Assembly: GCA_964585475.1 (NCBI GenBank)
Contig: CAZPDF010000001.1
Span: 81,337 to 145,336 of the forward strand
DNA from: an uncultured Candidatus Saccharibacteria bacterium
GTDB taxonomy: Bacteria; Patescibacteriota; Minisyncoccia; Sungbacterales; HO2-52-23
Length of the DNA stretch: 64,000 nt
Direction of reading: 5' to 3'
Part shown: positions 9,955 through 18,783 of the stretch, one piece after another
Layout: the number at the start of each line of letters is the position of its first letter
Position numbering within the stretch: position 1 is the first letter of the stretch
Made by a program: the position numbers and the translations under genes
Notes under the pieces: model-generated
What the model was told of the DNA's origin: nothing
Seen by the model: only the letters and a program-made list of their open reading frames with translations
Databases searched by the model: none

Positions 9955-10674
9955 ATGTGGAAAAACAACAAGGTATCTGTAATTTTGACGAGTTATCGGG
10001 AGAAGAATTCAATCCGGAGTATAATTGAAGAATTTTTCGCAACCGGAGTAGTGGACGAGGTAATGGTTGTGGACAATAATGCAGAGGAGGGGAGCGTTGC
10101 GGAAGTTAAAAAAACAGGCGCCCGACTTATTTTTGAGAAAAAACAAGGGCACGGTTTTGCGCTCCGGCGGGGAATGACAGAGGCCCGGGGGGATTACGTA
10201 ATCCTTTGCGAGGCAGACGGATCTTTTGATCCAAGGGACGTCGAGAAATTCCTGGCCTATGCGCCAAGTTTTCCGGTCGTTCTGGGGACCCGCACTAATA
10301 CCAGCTTGATCCAGCCGGATTCTGCCATGTTCTTTCTACGCCGCCTGGCAGATATTTTTGAAGGCCGCCTTATTGAGCTTTTATTTATGTCCAGCACCAT
10401 TACGGATGTCGGGTGCACTTATAGATTATTTCATAGAGATATTATCCAGATGCTTTCCGGGGTTTGGCTGACCGGTGATTCGCATTTCGTTACGGAAACC
10501 ACTCTGCAAATTGCTGCGAGGAAAATTCCTTTTATTGAAATTCCCGTGGCCTTTCGAAAACGCGTGGGCGAATCCTTTATGACCGGAAATCTATTTAAAA
10601 TCGCCAAATGGGGAGTTAAACTTCTCATTTTCATAATAGTTTTCAGATTAAGATGGATTTTTAAGCGGAGTTAA
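9955..10674 (+). CDS. GT2-family polyprenyl-phosphate glycosyltransferase (DPM1/ArnC/GtrB-like)
   Basis: 'VSVILTSYREKNSI...VMVVDNNAEEGS...EADGSFDPRD'. C-terminal hydrophobic segment. Confidence 0.7.
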   Translation: MWKNNKVSVILTSYREKNSIRSIIEEFFATGVVDEVMVVDNNAEEGSVAEVKKTGARLIFEKKQGHGFALRRGMTEARGDYVILCEADGSFDPRDVEKFLAYAPSFPVVLGTRTNTSLIQPDSAMFFLRRLADIFEGRLIELLFMSSTITDVGCTYRLFHRDIIQMLSGVWLTGDSHFVTETTLQIAARKIPFIEIPVAFRKRVGESFMTGNLFKIAKWGVKLLIFIIVFRLRWIFKRS

Positions 10675-10757
10675 ACCCCGCCTTTGACCGCAGGGCATGC
10701 CAGGGCGGGGTAAGGGCGTAAAGAGTTAGCCGTAGGGTAGCGTTTTAAGAAATAAAT

Positions 10758-12401
10758 ATGCGCGAGAAAACTATTTTTTTTCTCATTATATTTTCCATCT
10801 CGTTTTTTTTCTCCACATATAAACTTACCGAGAGTCCGCCCACGTGGTATGATGAGGGTTTTTTCTTCAACGTCGCCAGAAGCTACGCAGAATTTAACGA
10901 ATATAAATTTCAGGTAGCTCCGGGTGAATTTGTGCCCATGGGAAGGTATCTTACGGTTGGGTATCCGGTTATTTTCCCGGTTAGTATCTCGATGAAATTA
11001 GCCGGAGTGGGCCTCTTTCAGGAGCGAGCAGTAATGGCGGCTTTTATTCTCCTCTTAGTATGCGCGGTCTTCTTCTTTTTCTTGAGGAGACATGCCCCTG
11101 CGGAGGCGTTTCTTTTCACCCTGTTTTTTATAAGTTTTGGGTCTCTTTATGGAAATGGGAAAAATTTACTGGGCGAGATACCGGGAATTTTCTTTCTCAC
11201 AGCATTTTTATTGTTCTTTAACCTGCTTTTGGAAAAGAATCGGGGAAAAATGTATTTTGCCCTGCTCGCCGGTACTGCCTTGGGCCTCGGCATACTCTGC
11301 AAGCCCATTTTTATACTGGTAATCCCCGCATTTATAATCACTTTTTTGATTTTACGAAAAGATATACTGTTGAAAATCACGCGTAAGCACCTGGTTTTAT
11401 TTTTAGCTGCCGTTTTGGTGCCGCTTCTGGCCGCTATTTTTATTCAGTTTAATCGCTCGGACGATTCTTTGCTGACGGCTATTTTATTTTATATGAATCC
11501 TGCCGGCTGGAGTGGTTTTTCTGAAGTGCCGTCTATAATAATGCAAAATCTCCTGCGTCTGGTAACCGGTGCCACACCCTTGCATTTTCTTCTGCTCCTC
11601 GCTATCTGGACTTGGTGGATAGTGAAAAGAGTTCGCTGCAATTCTATACATTCTTTGCCTCCTGGCGAGCTATTCACTTTTTTATTTGTTATTTTAGTGG
11701 GATTTGCTTATTTAAGGACCCTTGGATGGTATAAGTATTTCTTTCCCGCGCATATGATGGTTTTTCTCTATTTCCCCGCCGCTCTTAAGGCACTTATAGA
11801 ACTGATAACGAGCAAATCCGCAAATGTCATTCTGAGCGTAGCGAAGAATCTCCCGCTTTGGGCGCAAAAGATCCTTCACGGAGCCTACCCTGAGATTCTT
11901 CACTTCGTTCAGAATGATGATCGAAGGGTTCAGGATGACAGCGGAAAAAGTGTCTTACTCGCTACCAATTCTGAATCTTCCATACAATATCTAAGAGGAC
12001 GGTTTGGGTTTCCTAATTTATTTCAGTGGGCGTTCATCGTCATAATTGTGATACAATTTTATCACCTGGTGTTTTTATCCTGGGTTTCCGGTTACTATTC
12101 AAGTACGCAGTCCAAAGAATTATCTGATTATTTTTCCGGCATTTCGCACGAAGAGAGTGTTTTTATCCACAGCGCCCCGGAAGCGGTTCTTTTCGTCCCT
12201 TCCAGTAACTATTATTTGTATCTGGATGATGTAATGGTAAGAAATATTGGCGCAGAACAGCTCGAGAAACTCGCCAGTGGAGTTCCCGACGTCGTTATTA
12301 TTCCTACGGAGTTAATAGATAGCCAGAGACAGTACCTCGCGCATTATAGAAAAGAAAAAGAACTCGTGGGTCAGTACACTGTTTTGAGAAAAGCGCCATG
12401 A
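10758..12401 (+). CDS. GT39/ArnT-like (PMT_2-type) integral-membrane glycosyltransferase
   Basis: Multi-TM N-terminal two-thirds typical of ArnT/PMT family GT-C enzymes. Follows a GT2 gene. Carries an in-frame family-A repeat. Confidence 0.5.
   Translation: MREKTIFFLIIFSISFFFSTYKLTESPPTWYDEGFFFNVARSYAEFNEYKFQVAPGEFVPMGRYLTVGYPVIFPVSISMKLAGVGLFQERAVMAAFILLLVCAVFFFFLRRHAPAEAFLFTLFFISFGSLYGNGKNLLGEIPGIFFLTAFLLFFNLLLEKNRGKMYFALLAGTALGLGILCKPIFILVIPAFIITFLILRKDILLKITRKHLVLFLAAVLVPLLAAIFIQFNRSDDSLLTAILFYMNPAGWSGFSEVPSIIMQNLLRLVTGATPLHFLLLLAIWTWWIVKRVRCNSIHSLPPGELFTFLFVILVGFAYLRTLGWYKYFFPAHMMVFLYFPAALKALIELITSKSANVILSVAKNLPLWAQKILHGAYPEILHFVQNDDRRVQDDSGKSVLLATNSESSIQYLRGRFGFPNLFQWAFIVIIVIQFYHLVFLSWVSGYYSSTQSKELSDYFSGISHEESVFIHSAPEAVLFVPSSNYYLYLDDVMVRNIGAEQLEKLASGVPDVVIIPTELIDSQRQYLAHYRKEKELVGQYTVLRKAP
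11826..11939. repeat. Family-A palindromic element inserted in frame in the GT39-like gene
   Basis: GTCATTCTGAGCGTAGCGAAGAATCT...AGATTCTTCACTTCGTTCAGAATGAT plus a trailing GTTCAGGATGACAGC. Translates without stop as ANVILSVAKNLPLWAQKILHGAYPEILHFVQNDDRRVQDDSG. Confidence 0.65.
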
Positions 12402-13414
12402 CGGGATCTAATGCTTCAAAAATCATTTGTCCCATCTGCGGCCGGACAAGCGATATCCAAGAAAGCAGATTTGAGAATTTTCTCGTCTGCTTATTGTGTG
12501 GCGGACATTTTGCAAAAAAGACCGAAGCGCCCGCTTATCTCGAGGATTATTTTGAGGAAGAAGGCACATCCTTTATCCCCCCACCAAAAGACCACGGGTA
12601 CAGGCCCGTGGATGAATGGAATAGTAACCTGAAGGGTAAGGAAGGACACCATGGGCGTAAGCCCATGGTGGGGGGATTTATATACCTGGCAGCAAGACCC
12701 CTCGCTCGGCTTTTTCTCTGGATGCGGCTAAGAAAAATCTTTCGTCTGCCCAAAACCATCCGGATTTTGGATTATGGGGCCGGGGATGGTAAGTTAGTTG
12801 CCTATCTTCGCTCCCACGGGCTTGACGCTGTCGGCTTTGATCCGAGCCCGGCCGCAGTCAAAGTTGCTCGTAATCACGGACGGCCGGTGTACTCGCGGAT
12901 TGATGGCCCTCTTTTTGACTTAATGATGTTCTGGCATAGTTTGGAGCATGCGGAATGGCCACTCGAGGTTATTGCGGGCGCCCGAGAGCATTTGGGGACA
13001 GGAGGCCGGCTTTTGATTGCAGTGCCTAATGCCGCCAGTTGGGAGGCCAGGTTTTTTGGGTCTCTATGGTTCCATTATGATTACCCCTTTCATGTGGTCC
13101 AATTTACACCGGTCTCCCTCTCGTATATGCTGGAAAAAAACGGTTTTAAAATTACTTCATGGGATTTTTTTAGTCCGGAGTATACGTTATCAGGTCTAGT
13201 ACAGTCGTTCCTGAACCTTTTTTTCCCTAAAAACTTTCTTTATAGTTTATTTAGTCAACGCCGATTTGGAATTTCTCGAGCGTATGCGCGCCTGTATCTT
13301 GTTCCAGCCCTGCCTTTAATCGTAATTTTCTTGCCGTTTCTGGTGTTGTTTTTCTTTTTAGAACTGGTATGTAGGAGAAGTGGGGCCATGATTGTGATGG
13401 CGGAGCGCCAATAA
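12398..13414 (+). CDS. Class I SAM-dependent methyltransferase with N-terminal Zn-ribbon
   Basis: 'CPICG...CLLCGG'. Motif I 'ILDYGAGDGKL'. 'MMFWHSLEH'. Contains a family-E repeat in frame. Confidence 0.6.
   Translation: MTGSNASKIICPICGRTSDIQESRFENFLVCLLCGGHFAKKTEAPAYLEDYFEEEGTSFIPPPKDHGYRPVDEWNSNLKGKEGHHGRKPMVGGFIYLAARPLARLFLWMRLRKIFRLPKTIRILDYGAGDGKLVAYLRSHGLDAVGFDPSPAAVKVARNHGRPVYSRIDGPLFDLMMFWHSLEHAEWPLEVIAGAREHLGTGGRLLIAVPNAASWEARFFGSLWFHYDYPFHVVQFTPVSLSYMLEKNGFKITSWDFFSPEYTLSGLVQSFLNLFFPKNFLYSLFSQRRFGISRAYARLYLVPALPLIVIFLPFLVLFFFLELVCRRSGAMIVMAERQ
12575..12678. repeat. Family-E palindromic element (ATCCCCCCACCA...TGGTGGGGGGAT) in frame in the methyltransferase gene
   Basis: 12-bp perfect terminal inverted repeats. 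Encodes FIPPPKDHGYRPVDEWNSNLKGKEGHHGRKPMVGGFIY. Confidence 0.65.
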
Positions 13415-13427
13415 GAGGCTTCTAGGT

Positions 13428-14678
13428 ATGGATCCCGTTATACCTAACATGAAAGTGAATACAAATTGCCGCATGTGTAAAGGCAAATCTTTACGCATGT
13501 TTTTGGATCTCGGAAAAACGCCTCTGGCCAATGCCTTTTTGCGAGAGAAGGATCTTAACTCTCCGGAACAAACTTATCCTTTGCGGGTATTTTTTTGCGA
13601 GTCCTGCCATTTAAGCCAACTGGTTGATGTGGTTTCTCCGGAAGTTTTATTCCGGGATTATGTCTATTTCTCTTCCGGGGTTGCGAACGTGCCGGAGCAC
13701 TTCCGAAGATATGCGGAAAATGTCGTGGAGAGGTTTCTCCCCGGGCGTTCCGGATTCGTGGTTGAGATTGGCAGCAATGACGGGGTCCTGCTGGGCGTTA
13801 TTAAGAATTTGGGCATTAACGTATTAGGGGTGGATCCGGCGGAAAATATTGCCGTGGTTGCAAATTCCCGGGGAATTCCTACCCTTCCTGAATTTTTTAG
13901 CGTCCGTCTTGCCGACTCGATCGCCAGAGAACACGGCAAGGCAGATGCCATAATCGCCAATAATGTTTTTGCGCATATTGACGATCATTATGATCTTATC
14001 CGCGGAGTAAGAGCGCTTCTCAAACCCAAAGGCGCATTTATTTTTGAAGCGCCTTATATCGTTGATATGTTTGAGAACTTGGCCTTTGACACCATTTATC
14101 ACGAACATCTCTCATTTCTCTCGGTCAAGCCCCTCGTACAACTTTTTAATCAGTTTGGAATGGAAGTTTTTGACGTAGAGATTCATCCCGTTCATGGTAA
14201 TTCCATTCGAATCTTTGCGGGACATAAAGGAGCGCATCCCGTATCTTCCCGCGTTCATGATTTTCTTGAGAAAGAGCAAAGCATGGGACTTAGTTCTTTC
14301 TCCACGTATGAAGGGCTGGCCTCAGCTGTTTCTGCCCTTAAAGAAAAGCTTTTGTCGCTTTTGCAGGAACTTCATAGAGATGGGAAAAAAATTGCTGCCT
14401 ACGGCGCTCCAGCTAGAGGCAATACCATATTGAATTATTTAGGGGTTAATCGGGAATTGATATCTTTCGCAACCGAAGAACTGCCTTCCAAGATTGGTTT
14501 CTATACTCCCGGAACTCGCTTGCCGATTATTCCTATAGCAGAAGCCAGAAAGAATCCGCCGGATTATTTTCTGCTTCTGGCCTGGAGTTATAAAGACATG
14601 GTGCTTAAAAAGGAGCAGGCGTTCCGTGAACAAGGCGGCAAGTTTATTCTTCCGGTAGGAGATGTTAGCATTGTTTAA
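13428..14678 (+). CDS. Sugar C-methyltransferase (TylCIII/NovU-like: Zn-ribbon + Methyltransf_13/14-type)
   Basis: N-terminal 'CRMCKGKSL...FCESCHLSQL'. Class I methyltransferase core. C-terminal C-methyltransferase-like domain. Adjacent to rfbB. Confidence 0.55.
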   Translation: MDPVIPNMKVNTNCRMCKGKSLRMFLDLGKTPLANAFLREKDLNSPEQTYPLRVFFCESCHLSQLVDVVSPEVLFRDYVYFSSGVANVPEHFRRYAENVVERFLPGRSGFVVEIGSNDGVLLGVIKNLGINVLGVDPAENIAVVANSRGIPTLPEFFSVRLADSIAREHGKADAIIANNVFAHIDDHYDLIRGVRALLKPKGAFIFEAPYIVDMFENLAFDTIYHEHLSFLSVKPLVQLFNQFGMEVFDVEIHPVHGNSIRIFAGHKGAHPVSSRVHDFLEKEQSMGLSSFSTYEGLASAVSALKEKLLSLLQELHRDGKKIAAYGAPARGNTILNYLGVNRELISFATEELPSKIGFYTPGTRLPIIPIAEARKNPPDYFLLLAWSYKDMVLKKEQAFREQGGKFILPVGDVSIV

Positions 14679-14699
14679 TTACTTTGGGTTACGAAATAC

Positions 14700-14816
14700 A
14701 ACAATCAGCGTATGATTGGCGTGCCTATCGGCGTAAAATCAGCGTTGGCGCCGATAAAACGCCGAATTGTACGCTGAAGATGACGCTGATATACGGCATT
14801 TCGTAATTGAGGGTTA
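14700..14816 (+). promoter_or_regulatory. Leader/operator region upstream of rfbB: TCAGCG/CGCTGA dyads plus a conserved 30-nt 5' leader
   Basis: ATCAGCG x2 then CGCTGA(T) x2. The terminal 'CATTTCGTAATTGAGGGTTAACTATGGC' is near-identical to the rfbD leader. Confidence 0.45.
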
Positions 14817-14819
14817 ACT

Positions 14820-15872
14820 ATGGCATCGTTCAAAAATATTTTGATTTGTGGCGGATCGGGCTTCATGGGTTCGCATTTTGTACGCCATATGTACCAAAAA
14901 TATCCGGAATATCGGATCGTAAATTATGATTTACTGACCTACGCCGGAAATAATTTGAATCTTCAGGATATTGAGGAGGATGCGATGGGTTTTCAGGAAA
15001 GCGAGCGAAGGTATGAATTTATTAAAGGAGATATTTGTGATTATGAGTTTCTTAAAAAAGTTTTTGAGAAAAATAATTTCGCGGCGGTGGTCAATTTTGC
15101 TGCCGAATCGCACGTTGACCGATCCATTGTAGATGCGCATCAATTTGTTCGCACCAATATCCAAGGGGTGCATGTTTTGATTGAATTAGTGCGTTCTTTT
15201 CGTACTCCAAAATTTATCCAAATTTCTACGGATGAGGTCTTCGGCGACGTGCCGCAGGGCAATTCGAACGAGGAGAGTCCTTTTCAGCCATCCAGCCCTT
15301 ACTCTGCTTCCAAAGCGAGTGCCGATCTTCTGGTGCAGGCCTTTATCCGTACCCACAGGGTCCCGGCTATTATTCTCCGTAGTTCCAATAATTTCGGACC
15401 GTATCAATATCCCGAAAAGCTTATGCCTCTGGCTATTTCCTCATTCTTAGATGGCGAGAAACTACCTGTGCACGGAAGCGGGGAGCATGAAAGAAGCTGG
15501 ATTTACGTTAATGATTTTTGCCGGGCTTTGGATCTCGTTATGCACGAGGCCCGCCCCCATACCGTATACAATATTTCCGGGACACCCATGAAAAATCTTG
15601 AGGTGATTCGAGCGATTGCTTCTTTGCTCGGAAAAAATCCGCGTGATCACATTGTGCATACTAGTGATCGTCCGGGCGCGGATTTGCGCTACGCCCCCGA
15701 ATGTTCAAAAATTCAAAGAGAATTGAAATGGGCGCCCGTACACGATTTTGGCAGCGCTTTGATAAAAACCGTTGCTTGGTACGAAAATAACCGGGATTGG
15801 TGGCAGACGATAAAGCAGTCCGAAGTATTTAGAAATCATTTCGAGAAACAGTCGAAAGCGCAATACTATTAA
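14820..15872 (+). CDS. rfbB: dTDP-glucose 4,6-dehydratase
   Basis: 'ILICGGSGFMGSHFV'. 'YSASKASADLLVQAF' (YxxxK). RmlB-like length and C-terminus. Confidence 0.8.
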   Translation: MASFKNILICGGSGFMGSHFVRHMYQKYPEYRIVNYDLLTYAGNNLNLQDIEEDAMGFQESERRYEFIKGDICDYEFLKKVFEKNNFAAVVNFAAESHVDRSIVDAHQFVRTNIQGVHVLIELVRSFRTPKFIQISTDEVFGDVPQGNSNEESPFQPSSPYSASKASADLLVQAFIRTHRVPAIILRSSNNFGPYQYPEKLMPLAISSFLDGEKLPVHGSGEHERSWIYVNDFCRALDLVMHEARPHTVYNISGTPMKNLEVIRAIASLLGKNPRDHIVHTSDRPGADLRYAPECSKIQRELKWAPVHDFGSALIKTVAWYENNRDWWQTIKQSEVFRNHFEKQSKAQYY

Positions 15873-15894
15873 TCTACCTTTGATTATGAAATTA

Positions 15895-15999
15895 AATTTC
15901 AGCGTACCGTTCAGCGAAATATCAGCGGGGAGCCGCTGAAAAGACGCTGATTTAATACGCTGATCTGACGCGGATAACCCATTTCGTAATTGAAGGTAA
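15895..15999 (+). promoter_or_regulatory. Leader/operator region upstream of rfbD: 3x TCAGCG followed by 3x CGCTGA (large imperfect palindrome) plus the conserved leader
   Basis: 'TTCAGCGTACCGTTCAGCGAAATATCAGCGGGGAGCCGCTGAAAAGACGCTGATTTAATACGCTGAT'. 'CATTTCGTAATTGAAGGTAATCCATGGC'. Confidence 0.45.
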
Positions 16000-16002
16000 T
16001 CC

Positions 16003-16974
16003 ATGGCAAAGATAGCGATCATTGGCTCCACGGGACAACTTGGCTATGATCTTTTGCGTTATGCTCCCGAGTCGGACACCGTGGTGGGTTTGGGGCACGG
16101 GGATATTGAAATAACGGACGCCAAAAACGTTACCGCAGTTTTGGAAAAGATCCGACCGGATATCGTAATAAACGCGGCGGCTTTTAATGAAACAGAAGAG
16201 GGAGAAAAAAATCCGATATTGCCTTTCAGCATCAATGCGGTTGGCGCATATCATGTGGCCAAGATCGCCGCAGATATTGGCGCCGCGGTCGTTCTCTTAA
16301 GCACGGATTACGTGTTTGACGGCACTAAGCCCTCCTTTAGCGAGGAAGATATACCGAATCCCCTCAATGTTCACGGCGCGTCAAAATACGCGGGGGAAAT
16401 ATTGACGCGGATTGCCAACCCCCGCAATTTTATTATCCGCACCGGATGGCTATTTGGAAAAAACACCAGCCATAAAGGATACAATTTTGTAACCCTGATG
16501 CTTGAGAAGGCCAAAAGCGAGAAGGAAATTAAGGTAGTGAACGACCAGGCGGGCAAGCCGACTTATACCGTTGATTTGGCGATTAAGATCTATGAACTTC
16601 TTCACCCCGTTACTCCCATGAAGCTCCGGCTTTCGGGGCGGAGCGGAATGGAAGTTGAAGGCCATCTATCAGCTTCCTTGGGAGAATCCTTACCCTTTAG
16701 AGCGGGGAGTAACGGGGTTCATAAAAATCCGCCGCATGGAATTTATCATCTTACCAATGAAGGCCAGGCAAGCTGGTTTGATTTTGCAAGAGAAATTTTT
16801 GAGCTCTCGCATCTTTCGGTGAAAGTAACTCCCATCTCAACGCTTGAGAGCGGATCCAAAATCAGGAGACCTAAATTTTCTATTCTCGAGAACCGCGCCA
16901 TACAAAAAATTGGTTTAGCGCCTCTTAGGTCTTGGCAGGAAGCGCTCGCTCGCTATCTTGAAGAAATAAAATAA
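16003..16974 (+). CDS. rfbD: dTDP-4-dehydrorhamnose reductase (RmlD-like) carrying a roughly 38-aa in-frame repeat insertion
   Basis: 'KIAIIGSTGQLGYDL'. 'VLLSTDYVFDG'. 'YGASKYAGE'. 'IIRTGWLFG'. Confidence 0.75.
   Translation: MAKIAIIGSTGQLGYDLLRYAPESDTVVGLGHGDIEITDAKNVTAVLEKIRPDIVINAAAFNETEEGEKNPILPFSINAVGAYHVAKIAADIGAAVVLLSTDYVFDGTKPSFSEEDIPNPLNVHGASKYAGEILTRIANPRNFIIRTGWLFGKNTSHKGYNFVTLMLEKAKSEKEIKVVNDQAGKPTYTVDLAIKIYELLHPVTPMKLRLSGRSGMEVEGHLSASLGESLPFRAGSNGVHKNPPHGIYHLTNEGQASWFDFAREIFELSHLSVKVTPISTLESGSKIRRPKFSILENRAIQKIGLAPLRSWQEALARYLEEIK
16606..16717. repeat. Family-B-variant palindromic element (CCCCGTTACTCC...GGAGTAACGGGG) in frame in rfbD
   Basis: 12-bp perfect terminal inverted repeats. 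Encodes an extra HPVTPMKLRLSGRSGMEVEGHLSASLGESLPFRAGSNGV loop not expected in RmlD. Confidence 0.6.
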
Positions 16975-16999
16975 CTTTCCTAAAATATAATTCTTTCAT

Positions 17000-17398
17000 A
17001 TGTCATTCCATAACCATCGAATTCACGAAGACAATCGCCGCAAGGGTCATTATGACATAATCCCGGGCCTGGCCGGGGACATGAATTTCAGCGTTCAGAA
17101 TCCGAACATATATCCGGACGAATTACACATGCATAAAATTCATACGGATTATTTTACCGTGGCCAAGGGCAGGGCCGTTTTCCGCATGGTACATGAGGAC
17201 GGGAAGGAAGAGCACGCCGTATTGGAAGAAAAAGACGGGAAAACCCTGATTATTCCACCCGGCATCTGGCATAATTACGTGGCATTGGAGCCCACCATCC
17301 TTGTTTTTTACACTGATCGTAAATTCGACCCTAAGGATGAGTTCCGTAAAAAGATCGACCCCAAAGAATGGCAAAAAATAGTTAAAACAAAACCATAA
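17000..17398 (+). CDS. Cupin-fold sugar epimerase/isomerase-like protein (RmlC/WxcM-like)
   Basis: Small beta-rich protein with His-containing motifs 'HMHKIHTDYF' and 'IPPGIWHNY'. Located in the dTDP-sugar module. Confidence 0.35.
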   Translation: MSFHNHRIHEDNRRKGHYDIIPGLAGDMNFSVQNPNIYPDELHMHKIHTDYFTVAKGRAVFRMVHEDGKEEHAVLEEKDGKTLIIPPGIWHNYVALEPTILVFYTDRKFDPKDEFRKKIDPKEWQKIVKTKP

Positions 17399-17479
17399 CT
17401 TTGGTCAACTCCCGGTGTTGACCAGGGGTGTCAGCTGCCCTTGACTGATGTGGGGGTTTATTATACTCTGTGTTAAGAA

Positions 17480-18166
17480 TTGCTGCGGATAGGGGGAGTA
17501 ATGGGAAGCTCAAGCCCGTTCTTTACGAACTTGGACGATAATTTGGTGTTTATGGCGCGAGTGTTTAAGGATGCCGAGCCAGCCGGATTTATTGCAGACG
17601 TGGTGTATCTTTTCGGGCAGACCTCCGATAATGAGGATTCTCCGATTGAGGTTGGGGCAGAACTCTGGCATACGGGGCGTGCGGCTTTAGTTGGAATCGG
17701 CGATTGCGAAACCGGACATGGCTATCCGGGATTTGCCGTGTGGCACGCTAAGCTTAGGAAGCTTGGTGTTCCACCTACGAATATTGTTCCCGTCAAGATT
17801 TCTTCAGGAGTGAACGTGAATACACTTACCGAATCCATCACGCTTGTACTCGAAGCAAAAAAGCAAGGATGGAGAAAGATATTCATGAGTGCGGCTCCAG
17901 TTCATCAGCTTAGGGCATTTCTTACGGTGGTGAATCAGGCCGTCAACTTGTATCCGGAGGTTCTGATTTACAATAAGGCCGGTAGGGAGCTATGGTGGGA
18001 CGAGTATGTGAGCCATTCCCAGGGCATTACCGAGGGCAAGCGATCAGGGATTTTGTATGGAGAGTTTGACCGTATCAGGGATTATTACGTGAAGGGACAT
18101 CTTAGCTCTTTTCCCGAGACACTTTCATATATTCATAGCCGGGATCACTACGCCAAAATTTTGTAA
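17480..18166 (+). CDS. DUF218 (YdcF/ElyC/SanA-family) protein
   Basis: 'IFMSAAPVHQLRA' matches the DUF218 'vTSayHmpRA' motif. Paralog of 43402..44094. Confidence 0.45.
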   Translation: MLRIGGVMGSSSPFFTNLDDNLVFMARVFKDAEPAGFIADVVYLFGQTSDNEDSPIEVGAELWHTGRAALVGIGDCETGHGYPGFAVWHAKLRKLGVPPTNIVPVKISSGVNVNTLTESITLVLEAKKQGWRKIFMSAAPVHQLRAFLTVVNQAVNLYPEVLIYNKAGRELWWDEYVSHSQGITEGKRSGILYGEFDRIRDYYVKGHLSSFPETLSYIHSRDHYAKIL

Positions 18167-18310
18167 GCGGGCAGCAATGTCCGCTTGTTTGTTACTTGCG
18201 GCAGACCTGTTGACTCAGCTTAGCAAACCATTTATCGTATAAAAGTGGTTACATATGAATAGGAGATGATTGGGCTGTCCGAAATTAACCTTTTTGATTA
18301 TATAAGGACA

Positions 18311-18324
18311 GACTTCTAACGGGG
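18311..18324. repeat. Solo family-B half-site (GACTTCTAACGGGG) abutting the start codon of the next gene
   Basis: Identical to the right arm of family-B elements. No left arm found within 150 bp upstream. Confidence 0.4.
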
Positions 18325-18755
18325 TGGAAATAACTAAAGGCATAAAACCGGAATTTGCGGATATAAGAGGCGCCATTACCAAAATTCTGGACGATGGCAG
18401 GACGAATATAAAAAGCGTCCTTTTGATCACTTCCAAAAAAGGAGCTATCCGCGCGAATCACTATCATAAAAAAGATACGCACTACTGTTATATGCTTTCG
18501 GGAAAAATGGAGTATTTTGAAAAGCCGGTCCCTAGGTCGCTTGATGCGACCGGGATTCCGGCCGAAGGTTTAGGGATTGACGGAGGAAAGATTGAATCGG
18601 CAGTGCTTGAAGTTGGCGATATGGTTTTTACCCCATCGATGCACGTCCACGCCTTTAAATTTCTTGAAGACACCGTGTGGGTTACGCTTGCCACCGAGTC
18701 AAGGTCGCAGGCCGATTACGAGGCGGACACGGTAAGGGTTAAATTCATAGAATAA
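18324..18755 (+). CDS. WxcM/FdtA-like cupin (dTDP-4-keto-6-deoxyhexose 3,4-ketoisomerase-like)
   Basis: 'ADIRGAITKIL...VLLITSKKGAIRANHYHKK...YMLSGKMEY' resembles the FdtA/QdtA core. GTG start. Confidence 0.5.
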   Translation: MEITKGIKPEFADIRGAITKILDDGRTNIKSVLLITSKKGAIRANHYHKKDTHYCYMLSGKMEYFEKPVPRSLDATGIPAEGLGIDGGKIESAVLEVGDMVFTPSMHVHAFKFLEDTVWVTLATESRSQADYEADTVRVKFIE

Positions 18756-18783
18756 GCACAAAATTCAAAGCACAAAATCCAAA

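Noticed and set aside
17401-17470. The hairpin GGTCAAC-TCCCGGT-GTTGACC after the cupin gene as a terminator.
   Set aside because: It is a plausible stem-loop but has no T-run, so it could equally be a repeat fragment. Confidence is too low to list as a feature.
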